In this document: one piece after another, positions 45,632 to 55,991 of the stretch
Numbering within the stretch: position 1 is the first letter of the stretch
How the letters are laid out: the number at the start of each line of letters is the position of its first letter
Virus record (IMG/VR): IMGVR_UViG_2623620549_000002
Location: 1,871 to 65,870 of that record
Length of the DNA: 64,000 nucleotides
Strand: one strand, 5' to 3'
Source: a virus
Made by a program: the position numbers and the translations under genes
The notes under the pieces: model-generated
What the model was told of the DNA's origin: nothing
Database searches by the model: none
The model's input: the letters and a program-made list of their open reading frames with translations, nothing else

Positions 45632-46099
45632 ATGAATACCACCCAAGCAACCCTGAATACCGCGCAAACCCTGGCCGTCGCAGGCTTCGACATCGCCAAC
45701 CTGTCGGCACCTGCCGCGCGCGTGACCTTCGACGTGCCCGTGATCTTCGACGCCGACGGCGAGCCCGTGGCCGGCATCAAGATCGTCGGCAAGAATTCCG
45801 ACGAGTACCGCAAGGAAAGCCACGCCGTGCGCGCCGAAGGCTATAAAAAGTCGGCCAAGCGCAAGACCGCCATCGACGCCTCCACCGACGAAGGCGCGGA
45901 TCAGCTGGTGCACGTCATCGATGACAACCAAAAGCGCCTGGCGCTGGCCGTGGCCGTCGACTGGTACGGCTTCACCAGCAACGGCGCCGTCGTGCCGTTC
46001 GACAAGGGCCTGATCGCCACGGCGTTCGACAAATACCCGACCTGGCAAGAGCGCGTCACGGCCGCCCTGGAAAATGACGCCAATTTTTTGAAGGTCTAA
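45632..46099 (+). CDS. tail assembly chaperone (G-like)
   Basis: AAGG RBS; between tail tube and TMP; ends at slippery site. Confidence 0.8.
   Translation: MNTTQATLNTAQTLAVAGFDIANLSAPAARVTFDVPVIFDADGEPVAGIKIVGKNSDEYRKESHAVRAEGYKKSAKRKTAIDASTDEGADQLVHVIDDNQKRLALAVAVDWYGFTSNGAVVPFDKGLIATAFDKYPTWQERVTAALENDANFLKV
46084..46090 (+). other. programmed -1 frameshift site (T TTT TTG)
   Basis: X XXY YYZ heptamer 9 nt before the G stop; the -1 frame is open into ORF 46231..46446. Confidence 0.75.
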
Positions 46100-46446
46100 C
46101 CCAGGCCCTGCTGCTGTATGCCGATCACCTGTTTGATCGAGCGACAGCTGCAGGCGACGGCAACGCCAAGGGCAATCACCTGGACACCGCCCGGCAAAAC
46201 CCGCTTTACCGGGCGCCCGAGGCGCCAGCGGTGCCGCAGCTGCCGCCCGAGCTGGCCTATATCTGGACCTGGTTCACCCAACTGAACCAGAAGCGCCAGT
46301 GCGGCATGGCCGTGAACGCGTTGACCAGTGTCGAGATACTGGCCTGGCAGGCGCGCCACGGTATCCGCTTCGATCCGTTCGAAGAAGTCGCCATCGATCG
46401 CCTGGATGCGCTGTTCATTTATCACCAGAATAAGAAGGAGAAATAA
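46087..46446 (+). CDS. tail assembly chaperone T segment (G-T frameshift product)
   Basis: -1 frame open from the slippery site; LPPELAYIWTWFTQL...LTSVEILAWQ. Confidence 0.7.
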   Translation, partial: FEGLTQALLLYADHLFDRATAAGDGNAKGNHLDTARQNPLYRAPEAPAVPQLPPELAYIWTWFTQLNQKRQCGMAVNALTSVEILAWQARHGIRFDPFEEVAIDRLDALFIYHQNKKEK

Positions 46447-49400
46447 TGCCTGATATCGCCGAGCTTGGACTTTCGATTGATACGCGACAACTGGAGCAGG
46501 GCGCCCAGGCAATGGACCGCCTCGGCGTCGCCAGTGAGGGTGTCGAGAAGAAGGTCGACAGCGCGACGTCGGCCATTGATAAGCTTGGGAAGGCAAGCGC
46601 TGACGCCAAGGCGAAAACTGCCGAAGGCGCGGCGGCCGTCGATGCCGTCGGCGAGGCCGGCGCGCGCGTGGTGCAAAAGGTCGACGCCGCGTCGGCATCT
46701 ATCGATGCAATGGGCGCCACCGCCACCCGCATTCGCACGGTCTTCCTGGGCGGCAGCAACACGCTCGATGGGTTCATGGGCTCATCGATGGGCGTCTGGC
46801 GTAGCAGTGAGGCCGCCGCCGCTGGGATTGATAGTCTTGGCAATGCCACCGAGCGTACTTGGAAGAAGCAGGCTGACTACAACGGTGCGATGGCCGACAC
46901 GACCCGTATCATGCGGCAGGCGGCCGATGCTGCGCGCACGCTGGAGGAATCCAACCACAGGATGCTGATCGAGCTGCAACGCGAGATCGACACGTTCGGA
47001 ATGGCGCGGGGCGAACTGGAGCGTTATCGTGCGGCCGAGCTTGGCCTTGGAAGTGCCGCGCAGACCAAGGCCGCAGCCTTGGGAAACAGCATTGATGCGA
47101 TGCACCGCGAAGAACGAGCTGCACGCGACGCTGCTGGCGCTCAGGATCGCGCGGCAGCCGCTGGTGATCGTTTTATCAAAAGCCTGCAGGACCAGGTGGC
47201 CACGCTGGGCATGTCGACCCAGCAGCTGCAAGCATATCGCGCCGCTCAGCTGGGCGTTTCCGATGCGGCGGCGCCACTGATCAACAAGTTGGCCGAAACT
47301 GGCGAAGGCGCCAAGAAAGCTGGCGGACACATGGAGGGCTTCAGCTTCCAATCAGCCAGCGCCAAGCGCGAGTTGTTGGTTCTCGCGCACGAGCTCAGCC
47401 AAGGGCAGTTCCAGCGCTTTGGCGGCTCAATGATGGTATTGGGCGAGCAGACTGGCGCCGCAGGCTTGCTGTTCAGTAGTACCGGCCTGGCCGTGCTGGG
47501 CTTTGCAGCCGCGCTGGGTACGGTGGCATACGCAATGATCAAAGGCGCCAGCACACAGCGAGAAATGAACAATGCCCTGATCTCGACCAACAACTACGCA
47601 GGGGTTACCAGCGACAAGCTGAATGAACTGGCGCATGCCGCGACTGCCGTGCACGGGAGTATTGGCGAGGCGAAGAAGGTTGTAACGGAATTGGCTGGCA
47701 CTGGCAAGTTCACGGGCGACCAGATCGCATACATCACCGATGCTGTCATTGCGTTGGAGACTGCGACAGGCGAATCTGTCAAAAAGACCATTAAGGAGTT
47801 CGAGTCCCTGGCCGTTCAGTCGACAGGCAGCACCAATCGCGCCACCGAGGTGATTACCCGCGCAACCGTCAAACTGGATGATACCTATCACTTCTTGACG
47901 CTTTCCGTCTATGAGGCAATCCGCGCTTTGGAAAAAGACGGCGATGCGAAAGGTGCGTCTGCCGTCGCTACAGCGGCGTTCGCAAAGGCGACCAAGGATG
48001 GTGCTGACCAGATGATTGCCAACCTTGGTAGTGTGGCGCGCGCCTGGCATGGCGTAAAAGAAGCAATCGGCGGCGCTATGGATGCCATCGGAAGCTACGG
48101 CGCCAAGGCCACGCCAGCGGCCGATGTAAAAAAATACAGTTTCCGCCTGTCGGAATTCGATAAGGGGCTGGCTGATAGTAATCTGCGCTTGGGGCGGGCG
48201 CCTGATGCCATTACGCCTGAACTCCAGGTAGCCCGCACGCAGATTGTTCTTGGCCTGACGGACGCGGTGGATAAATTAAACAAGGCTGACGCTGTCGCCC
48301 TTGCCCAGGGTGAAATCGCGACCAAGAATTCTCGTGCTGTTCATGCTGCTGCGATGATCCATGCGGAAGATATCCGCCTGCAGAAGAAGGGGATGGGTGA
48401 GCTTGCGGTCGCCTTGGATGCATACCAGTCGAATATTGATGCTATTCGCGCTGCCGACCCAAATTCACCTCTTATTACCCCTGATGCGATTGCCGCCGGT
48501 ATTGCTGCTCGGAAAAAAGCACATACCGATCAGGCAAAGCCGAAAGCTGACCAGGTCGAAAACACCGAGCTTGCCGACCAAATTAAGCAGTACGCGAAAG
48601 AAGCTGCGGCTGCAAAGGCACACTACGACGAATTGGGCAAGCTTGACGACATGTATTTGAGGGCTGGCGAGCTGTCTGAACGTCAGTTTTTCGAAAACAA
48701 GCGGTCTTATGCACTTTCAACCTACGAGGCACAGATTGATGCTTTTGATCTAGAAATTGGTGCATTGAAGGCGCACAACAGCGTCACAAAAGCTGAGGCG
48801 GCAAAACACGAGAAGGCGCTTAACGAAATACTAGGCAAACGAAGTGCAGCTGAGAAAGCGTTCTTTGACGAGAGTTTCCGTCGGGACGAAGAGGAACGGT
48901 TGCGGAAGGCTGCCGTGGTTGCTGCTTCAAACGATGCAATGAATAAATATATTTCTAGCATCAATCAGGAAGCGCAAAAGATCGAGGATTCGAATCATAT
49001 CCATGAGAAGGCGCGCAGCGTCATTGAGCGGGAGGAGGTTGCCCGGCTGGAATTGGCAATCGCGTATCAAAAGCAATTTATTGAAGGCCAGGCTGCAGCT
49101 GGCGCCACCGCGGAAGAGATCGCACAAGCGCCGGCCATTCTCAAATATCTTGAGGACCAGCGTGCCGCGCGGCTTCGTTTGGCGCAAGGCCTGGATCAGC
49201 AGGATCAAGTGAAGCTGGCGCAAGCTCAGATCGAAACCAACAAAAAAATGTGGGAATCGATCGACTCCACAGCGCAAGACACTTTCGTATCGATTGGTAA
49301 TTCAGGTATTTCTGCTATCGATCGGGTGTGGGGTGCATTGAAAAATGGCTTGTTCGCATGGCTTTACCAGATGACGCTCAAGAAGTGGATTATCAACATC

Positions 49401-51794
49401 GGCGCGTCGATGACTGGCGCGAACGCTACCAGCATGGCAATGGCCGGTGACCTCGGTGGATTAGGCGGTGCCGGCGGAATTGCTGGCAGCGTGGGCGCGA
49501 CAGCAAACCTGTTGCAAAGTGCCAAAACCGCCTACACCATCGCGTCACAAGGTTTTGCCGGCATTACGGCAGGCTTTGGCACCAGCGTTGTCAGTCTGGG
49601 CACGCTGTTTGGCTCGACTGCAATTGAGGCATTTGGTGCTGGCCTGGGTAGCACGGGCCTTGTGGGCGCGGCAGATGCCGCCGGCCTGTACGCGGCATCT
49701 GGAGGCGTGGGTAGCGCGGGCGCAGTTACGGCCGGCGCCTATGCTGGCGCGGCGGTTACGGCCGCCGCCGGCATCGCCGCTGGCGTGCTGGGTGGCCGGA
49801 TGATCTCTGGCCAGTATGGCAGCAACTCGACTGTGAACGCCGGCACCGGCATCGGTGCAGTCGCCGGGGCATTCATGGGTGGCCCTATCGGCGCGGCCAT
49901 CGGCGGCGCCCTGGGTGGCTTGATCGGGGGCCTTGGTAATCGTGTGTTCGGCATGGGTGAAAAGAAGTACGGGGAAACGGGTATCACCGGAACGTTATCC
50001 GGTACCGGGTTCAGTGGCACCGAATATGCCAAATGGACGCAAAAGGGCGGTTGGCTGCGCAGCGACAAGAAGGACACTGACCGTAAAGCCGTCGACGCGA
50101 CGACGTCCAATGCGTTTGTGGAGACGTATGCAGCCATTCGCAACGTCTCGGCTACCTTGGCCAATACGCTGGGCATCGATACCTCCAGCCTGGCCACGCG
50201 CGCCCAGGCGCTCAACATCAATCTGACCGGCCTCACCACGGAAGCTGACAGGCTGGGCGCCGTGACCAAGTTCTTCGAAGGCGTCGGCAATGCCATCGCC
50301 GTCGAGCTGCTGCCCAATGTCGGCCAGTTCAAGCAAGGCAACGAGGAGCTGAGCGTTACCTTGCAGCGTGTGGCCGGGAATTATGCCGGTGTCGACGCTG
50401 CCCTGCAACTGATCAGCCGCACGTCGCAGGATGCCTTCGGCGCCGTGGGTGTGGCCACCATTGGCGCACGCGAGAACCTGATCAAGCTGGCCGGCAGCCT
50501 GGACTCGCTCACCAGCGGGACCAGCTTCTTTGCCGAAAACTTCCTGACGGAAGCCGAGCAGATGGCGCCCGTGCTGTCGACCGTGGCCGATACGCTGGGC
50601 AAGCTGGGCATGTCTGGCGTCAAATCGGTGGAGCAGTACAAGGACGTGGTGCTGGGCTTGGACTTGGCCAGCACGGGCGGCCAAGAGATGTACATCAAGC
50701 TGCTGGCTCTGGCGCCGGCCTTCAAGGCTGCCGCCGACTACAGCAGCCAGCTGGCCGCAGCGACCGGCAATTATGCCGCTGTGGTCAAGTCCGCCAGCGA
50801 GATTGCCAGCGAGCGCATGGATCTGCAAAAGCAGCTAAACGAATTGACGAAAAGCGAAACGGAACTGCTGGCCATCCAGCGCTCCAGCATCGCCGCCGTC
50901 AACCGTGCACTGTTCGACCAGGTGCAGGCGGCCAAGGCGGTGGTGACGGCCAAGGACGTGCTGGCAAAGGCTTACGACAGAGAGGCAGCAGCGGCCCAGA
51001 CGGCGCTGGATAAATCGAAGTCGTGGGTGGCCACGCTCAATGGCCTGAACGCCAGCATGGCCCTGGGCAACCAATCCACCCTGACGCCGGAGCAGAAATA
51101 CGCCGAAGCGCGTGCCCAGTTCGAGAAGACCCTGGCAGCGGCCAATGCCGGCGACACGACGGCGCAGTCCGGCCTGTCGGCCGCCGAGCAGGCCTTCCTG
51201 ACAGCTTCTCAAGTGGTCAACGCTTCGGATGCCCGCTACGCGGCAGATTACGCCCGCGTGGTGGCGGCCAACAACGAGGCGTTGAAATGGGCCTCGGCCC
51301 AGGTCGACGTGCAGCAGGCCAGCCTGGACGCCCTCAAGGCCCAGGTGTCGGGCCTGATCACCATCAATGACAGCGTGCTGACGGTGGCGCAAGCCATTGC
51401 CAACCTGCATGCGGCGATGGGCACGGCCAAAGGCTTGGGCGTGCAGTTCGACGGCTCCCATGCCGGCGGGCTGGCCAATGTGCCGTTTGATGGCTACGCG
51501 GCCGAGCTGCACCGCGGTGAAGTGGTGGTCGACGCGCAGGCTGCCGCTGCCATGCGCCGTTACTTCGGTGGCGCACCGAGCCAGGGCGGCGGCAACACCG
51601 ATGCCCTGGTGGCCGAAATCAAGGGCTTGCGGGAAGAGGTCAAAGGGCTGCGCGCCGATCAGGACAAGCAGACCGGCGCCACCATCCAGGCGACAGTCGA
51701 ATCGAACGACAAAGCAGCAAAAACGGTCGTGGCCGGTGTCGATAAATCCGCCAAGGCATCTGCCTGGGCGAAAAAAGTGGAGTACTCGCAATGA
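46446..51794 (+). CDS. tail tape measure protein
   Basis: 1782 aa, Ala-rich and helical; lambda-TMP-like segment (AKRELLVLAHELSQGQFQRFGGSMMVLGEQ). Confidence 0.93.
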   Translation: MPDIAELGLSIDTRQLEQGAQAMDRLGVASEGVEKKVDSATSAIDKLGKASADAKAKTAEGAAAVDAVGEAGARVVQKVDAASASIDAMGATATRIRTVFLGGSNTLDGFMGSSMGVWRSSEAAAAGIDSLGNATERTWKKQADYNGAMADTTRIMRQAADAARTLEESNHRMLIELQREIDTFGMARGELERYRAAELGLGSAAQTKAAALGNSIDAMHREERAARDAAGAQDRAAAAGDRFIKSLQDQVATLGMSTQQLQAYRAAQLGVSDAAAPLINKLAETGEGAKKAGGHMEGFSFQSASAKRELLVLAHELSQGQFQRFGGSMMVLGEQTGAAGLLFSSTGLAVLGFAAALGTVAYAMIKGASTQREMNNALISTNNYAGVTSDKLNELAHAATAVHGSIGEAKKVVTELAGTGKFTGDQIAYITDAVIALETATGESVKKTIKEFESLAVQSTGSTNRATEVITRATVKLDDTYHFLTLSVYEAIRALEKDGDAKGASAVATAAFAKATKDGADQMIANLGSVARAWHGVKEAIGGAMDAIGSYGAKATPAADVKKYSFRLSEFDKGLADSNLRLGRAPDAITPELQVARTQIVLGLTDAVDKLNKADAVALAQGEIATKNSRAVHAAAMIHAEDIRLQKKGMGELAVALDAYQSNIDAIRAADPNSPLITPDAIAAGIAARKKAHTDQAKPKADQVENTELADQIKQYAKEAAAAKAHYDELGKLDDMYLRAGELSERQFFENKRSYALSTYEAQIDAFDLEIGALKAHNSVTKAEAAKHEKALNEILGKRSAAEKAFFDESFRRDEEERLRKAAVVAASNDAMNKYISSINQEAQKIEDSNHIHEKARSVIEREEVARLELAIAYQKQFIEGQAAAGATAEEIAQAPAILKYLEDQRAARLRLAQGLDQQDQVKLAQAQIETNKKMWESIDSTAQDTFVSIGNSGISAIDRVWGALKNGLFAWLYQMTLKKWIINIGASMTGANATSMAMAGDLGGLGGAGGIAGSVGATANLLQSAKTAYTIASQGFAGITAGFGTSVVSLGTLFGSTAIEAFGAGLGSTGLVGAADAAGLYAASGGVGSAGAVTAGAYAGAAVTAAAGIAAGVLGGRMISGQYGSNSTVNAGTGIGAVAGAFMGGPIGAAIGGALGGLIGGLGNRVFGMGEKKYGETGITGTLSGTGFSGTEYAKWTQKGGWLRSDKKDTDRKAVDATTSNAFVETYAAIRNVSATLANTLGIDTSSLATRAQALNINLTGLTTEADRLGAVTKFFEGVGNAIAVELLPNVGQFKQGNEELSVTLQRVAGNYAGVDAALQLISRTSQDAFGAVGVATIGARENLIKLAGSLDSLTSGTSFFAENFLTEAEQMAPVLSTVADTLGKLGMSGVKSVEQYKDVVLGLDLASTGGQEMYIKLLALAPAFKAAADYSSQLAAATGNYAAVVKSASEIASERMDLQKQLNELTKSETELLAIQRSSIAAVNRALFDQVQAAKAVVTAKDVLAKAYDREAAAAQTALDKSKSWVATLNGLNASMALGNQSTLTPEQKYAEARAQFEKTLAAANAGDTTAQSGLSAAEQAFLTASQVVNASDARYAADYARVVAANNEALKWASAQVDVQQASLDALKAQVSGLITINDSVLTVAQAIANLHAAMGTAKGLGVQFDGSHAGGLANVPFDGYAAELHRGEVVVDAQAAAAMRRYFGGAPSQGGGNTDALVAEIKGLREEVKGLRADQDKQTGATIQATVESNDKAAKTVVAGVDKSAKASAWAKKVEYSQ

Positions 51795-53260
51795 CCGATG
51801 TGCAGTTTCTGGAATGGCTCAAGAGCCCGTTGGCCATCCGCATGGTGCTGATCGAGGCGCAGGTGAATGTGGCCGGCAGCGAGGTGACGCGCTACATCGC
51901 CTCGCGGCCGTATGTTACAGGCCCAGCGGAGGTGCCGGCCAATACGGTGTATCTGCCGATGGCCACCGGCGGACTGGCCTTCACCGAGCAGGTCAGCCTG
52001 ACTGGCGAGGCGGGGCTGTCGGGTGGCGATGTAGAGCTGGGCAACGCGGACGGCGCGCTCGACGGCTGGCTCGGCGACGTCTGGCGCAATCGGCCCATCA
52101 AGGCCTGGTCCGGCGATCCGCGCTGGCCGCGCGCCGATTTCCGCCTGGTGTTCAACGGCATCATTGCCGACATCGCCAGTGCGAGCCGTGAAACGCTCAA
52201 CCTGTCCCTGCGGGACAAGCTACAGCGCCTGGACACGCCGATTGCCGAGGCCAAGCTGGGCGGCACCTCGCCAAACAAGGACGCGACGCTGCCGATCCCG
52301 TTCGGCGAATGCCACAACGTCACGCCACTGCTGACCAATCCCGCCACCCTGGAGTATGGCTTCCTGGGCGCGGTAGAGTCGAGTTTCGAGGTGCGCACCA
52401 ACGGTAAGCCAATTGCCGTGGCCCTGAATGACCAGGCGGGACGCTTCAACCTGACCACCGATCCGTTTTCCACCACGATTACGGTCAGCGTGCAGGGCGA
52501 CAAGGGCGGCGGCTACGCACCGCGCATCGCGCCGCTGGTGCAGCGCATTGCCACCGCCTACGGCAAGGCCTCGGATCGTTTCACCCTGGCCGACCTCGAT
52601 CTGGACAATCTGGCCGCCTTCGATGCCGCCCACCCGCAGCTGGTGGGCCTGTACGTTGCGGACCGGACGAACCAGGCGCAGGCCATCCAGCAGCTGGCGG
52701 CCAGCGTTGGCGCCCAGGCGGTCATGTCGCGCACGGGCCAGTTGCGCCTGGTGCAGATCGCGCTGCCGGCCGCCGGCGTGGCTCTGCAGATTGGTCCCGA
52801 GAAAATGCGGGTGGACTCGCTGCGCGTGGTGCAGCGCTTGCCGGTAGTGGCGGCCGTCAAAATTGCGTTTGACCGCAATTACACGGTGCAGGCCAGTCTG
52901 ACCACCAGCATCCCGCCGGCGCATGCCGACCTGTATGCCACGGAGTGGTTGACCGAAACGGCGGTCGATGAGGCGGTGCGCGCGCGCTACCGCCTGACGG
53001 ACGACCCGCCGCAGATCGAAACCTGCCTCAAGACGAACGAGGACGCCCGTGCGGAAGCGCTGCGGCGCCTGGCCTTGAATAAGGTGCAGCGCACGATTTA
53101 CGAATTTGATGGAGAGCCCGAGATGATGATGCTGGAACTGGGGCAGCCCGTGGTGCTGCGCGATAATCGTTTCGGCCTGCAGGGCGGGGTGCCTGGTGTG
53201 GTGGTGCTGCTGTCGCCGCAATGGCTGACTGGGCGCGTGACGGTGGGAGTACTGGTATGA
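51791..53260 (+). CDS. tail tip/baseplate hub-like protein
   Basis: ATGA-coupled to TMP; LPIPFGECHNVTPL. Confidence 0.7.
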   Translation: MTDVQFLEWLKSPLAIRMVLIEAQVNVAGSEVTRYIASRPYVTGPAEVPANTVYLPMATGGLAFTEQVSLTGEAGLSGGDVELGNADGALDGWLGDVWRNRPIKAWSGDPRWPRADFRLVFNGIIADIASASRETLNLSLRDKLQRLDTPIAEAKLGGTSPNKDATLPIPFGECHNVTPLLTNPATLEYGFLGAVESSFEVRTNGKPIAVALNDQAGRFNLTTDPFSTTITVSVQGDKGGGYAPRIAPLVQRIATAYGKASDRFTLADLDLDNLAAFDAAHPQLVGLYVADRTNQAQAIQQLAASVGAQAVMSRTGQLRLVQIALPAAGVALQIGPEKMRVDSLRVVQRLPVVAAVKIAFDRNYTVQASLTTSIPPAHADLYATEWLTETAVDEAVRARYRLTDDPPQIETCLKTNEDARAEALRRLALNKVQRTIYEFDGEPEMMMLELGQPVVLRDNRFGLQGGVPGVVVLLSPQWLTGRVTVGVLV

Positions 53261-54819
53261 CGGCCATTGGCGGTGCCCGTGACAAGCTGCTGCAGGCCAC
53301 GGCGGAGCGCTTCAGCACAACGGCCGATGGCAAGGCGATCTTGCTGGCTGGCAGCACGCCTGTGTTTCGTGTGAACAGCGCCGGCGCTGGCGCACCTGGA
53401 TCGATTGCCATCACCGCCAAACCGGTGAACGTGGTGGGCGATATCGTGTTTTCGGTCTCTGCCGGTACGCAGATGACCGTCAACGGCAACGTGGCCACGG
53501 TCAATTTTGCCACCATGACCACGGATACGGCACTGGTGCAGGCCCGCATCCGCGAATTCGGTGTCGACTATGTCGGCAACTACATGATCAGCAAGGTCTT
53601 CGACGGCGAGACGGGCTTGGCCGGCTTGAACACGGGCCAGGCATTCGCCTACAAGCGCGCGGCTGTGGCGCCAGTTGATTCGCCAGGTGATGTGATCTTT
53701 ACCTTTGCCACGGCCAGTATCACGACGCCGGCCGGCAACGATCTGGCCAACGGCTGGGCGAAAAATATCCCGGCCGGAACGGCGCCGCTGTATGTGCGCG
53801 TGGCTGCCGCCAGTTCGCGCAATGCCACGGACAATATTGCCGCCAATGAGTGGGCAGGAGCGGTGCAGCTGGCCAAAGATGGCGCAAACGGGGTGGATGG
53901 GTTGAATGTGGCGCCTGTGCGCATCTACCAGCGCGGCGCCACGAATATTGCGCCGGCGCTGCCGAGCGCGGCATGCACGTTCACCTTTGCTACCGGCGCA
54001 CTTGCGGGCCTGAACAACGGCTGGTCGACCCAAGTGCCCACTGCCGGCGGCGCCTACCTGTTCACCTCAGGTGCCACGGCCGCTGCGCGCACTGCCACCG
54101 ATGACATCGCCCCAGGCGAATGGGCGGCCGCTGCGCGCCTGGCCGCCGACGGGGCGACTGGCCAGCGCGGCACCGTCACCGTGACGGCGCCCGGCTATTC
54201 GACCTGGTCGGATGCCTCGGCTGTATATGAGCTGGGCCGCGCCGGCTACGGCGCGCCGATCAACCGCGACGTGGTCACGCTGTACGACGCGACACATGTG
54301 GTGACGAAGTATTTTGATAGCGGCGCTTGGCTGGTGCTGGGCACGGTGCTGAATGGGAATTTGCTGGTCGATGGCAGCGTGGCGGCGAAGGCGGTGTCGG
54401 TGGACAAGCTGTCGGCCTTCGTTTCCAATCTGGGCGAGGTGACTGCTGGCGACCTGTACGGCACCACGCTGCATGGCGGCCCTGGGTATCCAACCAGTGC
54501 GTCAGGTTGGCCAGTTACCGGCAATTTAGGTACTGGCTATCATTTGAGCGCCGGCGGCCTGTACATCGGCAATCCGCAAACAGGGAAATATTTTGGTGTC
54601 GACGCATCCGGCAACGTTTTCGCTCCAGCATTTTCCGTCGTAAACGGCACGGCGACTTTCTACGGCACGCTGTCGGCAGTGACCGGTACCATCGGTCTGC
54701 TGCGCAGCCGCGCCAGCGGTGCACGCATGGAGATGTATGGCGACGCCCTGAAATCAATCGGCATCGATGCTGGAGGCGCTGAAGTTGTTACGGCGCAGTT
54801 CGGCAATCTTGATATATGA
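53257..54819 (+). CDS. tail fibre/central spike-like protein with internal duplication
   Basis: Two ~90 aa repeats (FTFATASI...NGWAKNIP...DNIAANEWAGAVQLAKDG vs FTFATGAL...NGWSTQVP...DDIAPGEWAAAARLAADG); GNLLVDGSVAAKAVSVDKLSA as in fibre proteins. Confidence 0.7.
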   Translation: MTAIGGARDKLLQATAERFSTTADGKAILLAGSTPVFRVNSAGAGAPGSIAITAKPVNVVGDIVFSVSAGTQMTVNGNVATVNFATMTTDTALVQARIREFGVDYVGNYMISKVFDGETGLAGLNTGQAFAYKRAAVAPVDSPGDVIFTFATASITTPAGNDLANGWAKNIPAGTAPLYVRVAAASSRNATDNIAANEWAGAVQLAKDGANGVDGLNVAPVRIYQRGATNIAPALPSAACTFTFATGALAGLNNGWSTQVPTAGGAYLFTSGATAAARTATDDIAPGEWAAAARLAADGATGQRGTVTVTAPGYSTWSDASAVYELGRAGYGAPINRDVVTLYDATHVVTKYFDSGAWLVLGTVLNGNLLVDGSVAAKAVSVDKLSAFVSNLGEVTAGDLYGTTLHGGPGYPTSASGWPVTGNLGTGYHLSAGGLYIGNPQTGKYFGVDASGNVFAPAFSVVNGTATFYGTLSAVTGTIGLLRSRASGARMEMYGDALKSIGIDAGGAEVVTAQFGNLDI

Positions 54820-55166
54820 GCAGCCATGGCGTGATAAGCCGGGATTTGCAAACCCGAGAAGTGCTCTATGACAGCCGGGAGGAGAACACCCTGTTCTGGA
54901 TTGCTGAAGAGGCCATTGCCGGGGCCAGTGTCGGCACCGGGGCCGGTCGTACATTCTCATACCCGGCGTATTCCGGAAAGAAAATCGTTGCCAACCTGGT
55001 TTCACCCTATCAAACCAGTGACGTTGACGGCTGGGCGGTGCTGAGCTGTCGCGTCAGCTATCCATCGGGCATCCCGACGGTCCAGGTGTTTGTCGACAAT
55101 GCCACTGCCGGCTTACCGGTGTGCGATGGCTACATGATGATTTACTTTACCGGAGCGGCGCTATGA
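54816..55166 (+). CDS. minor tail protein
   Basis: ATGA-coupled in the tail operon. Confidence 0.6.
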   Translation: MSSHGVISRDLQTREVLYDSREENTLFWIAEEAIAGASVGTGAGRTFSYPAYSGKKIVANLVSPYQTSDVDGWAVLSCRVSYPSGIPTVQVFVDNATAGLPVCDGYMMIYFTGAAL

Positions 55167-55990
55167 GAATGGGCTTTCAAGCGAAGAACCTGGCGAAGGG
55201 CAATATCACCATCGATTCCAGCCTGCGTGCTTACGTGTACCTTGGAAAATACCTCATCCCCAGCCAGATCGGCGCGTACCCAACGGTCGATTTTCAGTGC
55301 AAGGGCATGCCCCAGCTGTATTTTGACGTGCCCTACAACATCACGGCCCAAGACATCGGCACTACCGGGCTGGATGCTTTCCGTTCGCGCACGGGCATGA
55401 GTCTGCGCAAGTTGCAGTTTCTGGGTGGCGATAGCTGGCGCGCGACCATGGCCATCAATAACCACAATGGCCCCGCTCTGGCGCTGTTCTTGCGGGTATT
55501 CGGGCGCCTGGATCTAAATCCTCCAGCGCGCCCATATGGCTACGGCCTGCTGGTCCGTACGCTGGAGGAAAAGGCGCTGGTGTTTCTCAGCGGCAAACGC
55601 ATGTTGCGCCTGGCTGGCGATACCTACGATGTCGAGCTGACACTCCCCTGGCCGGTGCCGCCCAGTGACAGTGCTCCAGCGAATGGCCAGGACACGGCAA
55701 TCAATTTGCCGTTCAGCATGCAAGGAAAATCCATCAGCGCGAATACCCGTGGCATGGTCTCGATGCCGTATTACCTGTATTCGTATGAAGACGACGGCCG
55801 GACCATGAACCGCTATGCGGTGCTGCACTACGAATCGATGTACTGGGCCAGCGGTAATCAGCTGCAGGTGCGCCGTATCGCGGCGAGCGCAGATGAGATG
55901 GACGTCAGTGGCTCCCTGATTATCGACAACTCCCGCTGCCAGACGGTGTATTCCCGCCTTTCGGTCATCGACAACGCTAAATTTCCCTAA
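55163..55990 (+). CDS. minor tail protein
   Basis: ATGA-coupled; beta-rich. Confidence 0.6.
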   Translation: MRMGFQAKNLAKGNITIDSSLRAYVYLGKYLIPSQIGAYPTVDFQCKGMPQLYFDVPYNITAQDIGTTGLDAFRSRTGMSLRKLQFLGGDSWRATMAINNHNGPALALFLRVFGRLDLNPPARPYGYGLLVRTLEEKALVFLSGKRMLRLAGDTYDVELTLPWPVPPSDSAPANGQDTAINLPFSMQGKSISANTRGMVSMPYYLYSYEDDGRTMNRYAVLHYESMYWASGNQLQVRRIAASADEMDVSGSLIIDNSRCQTVYSRLSVIDNAKFP

Positions 55991-55991
55991 T

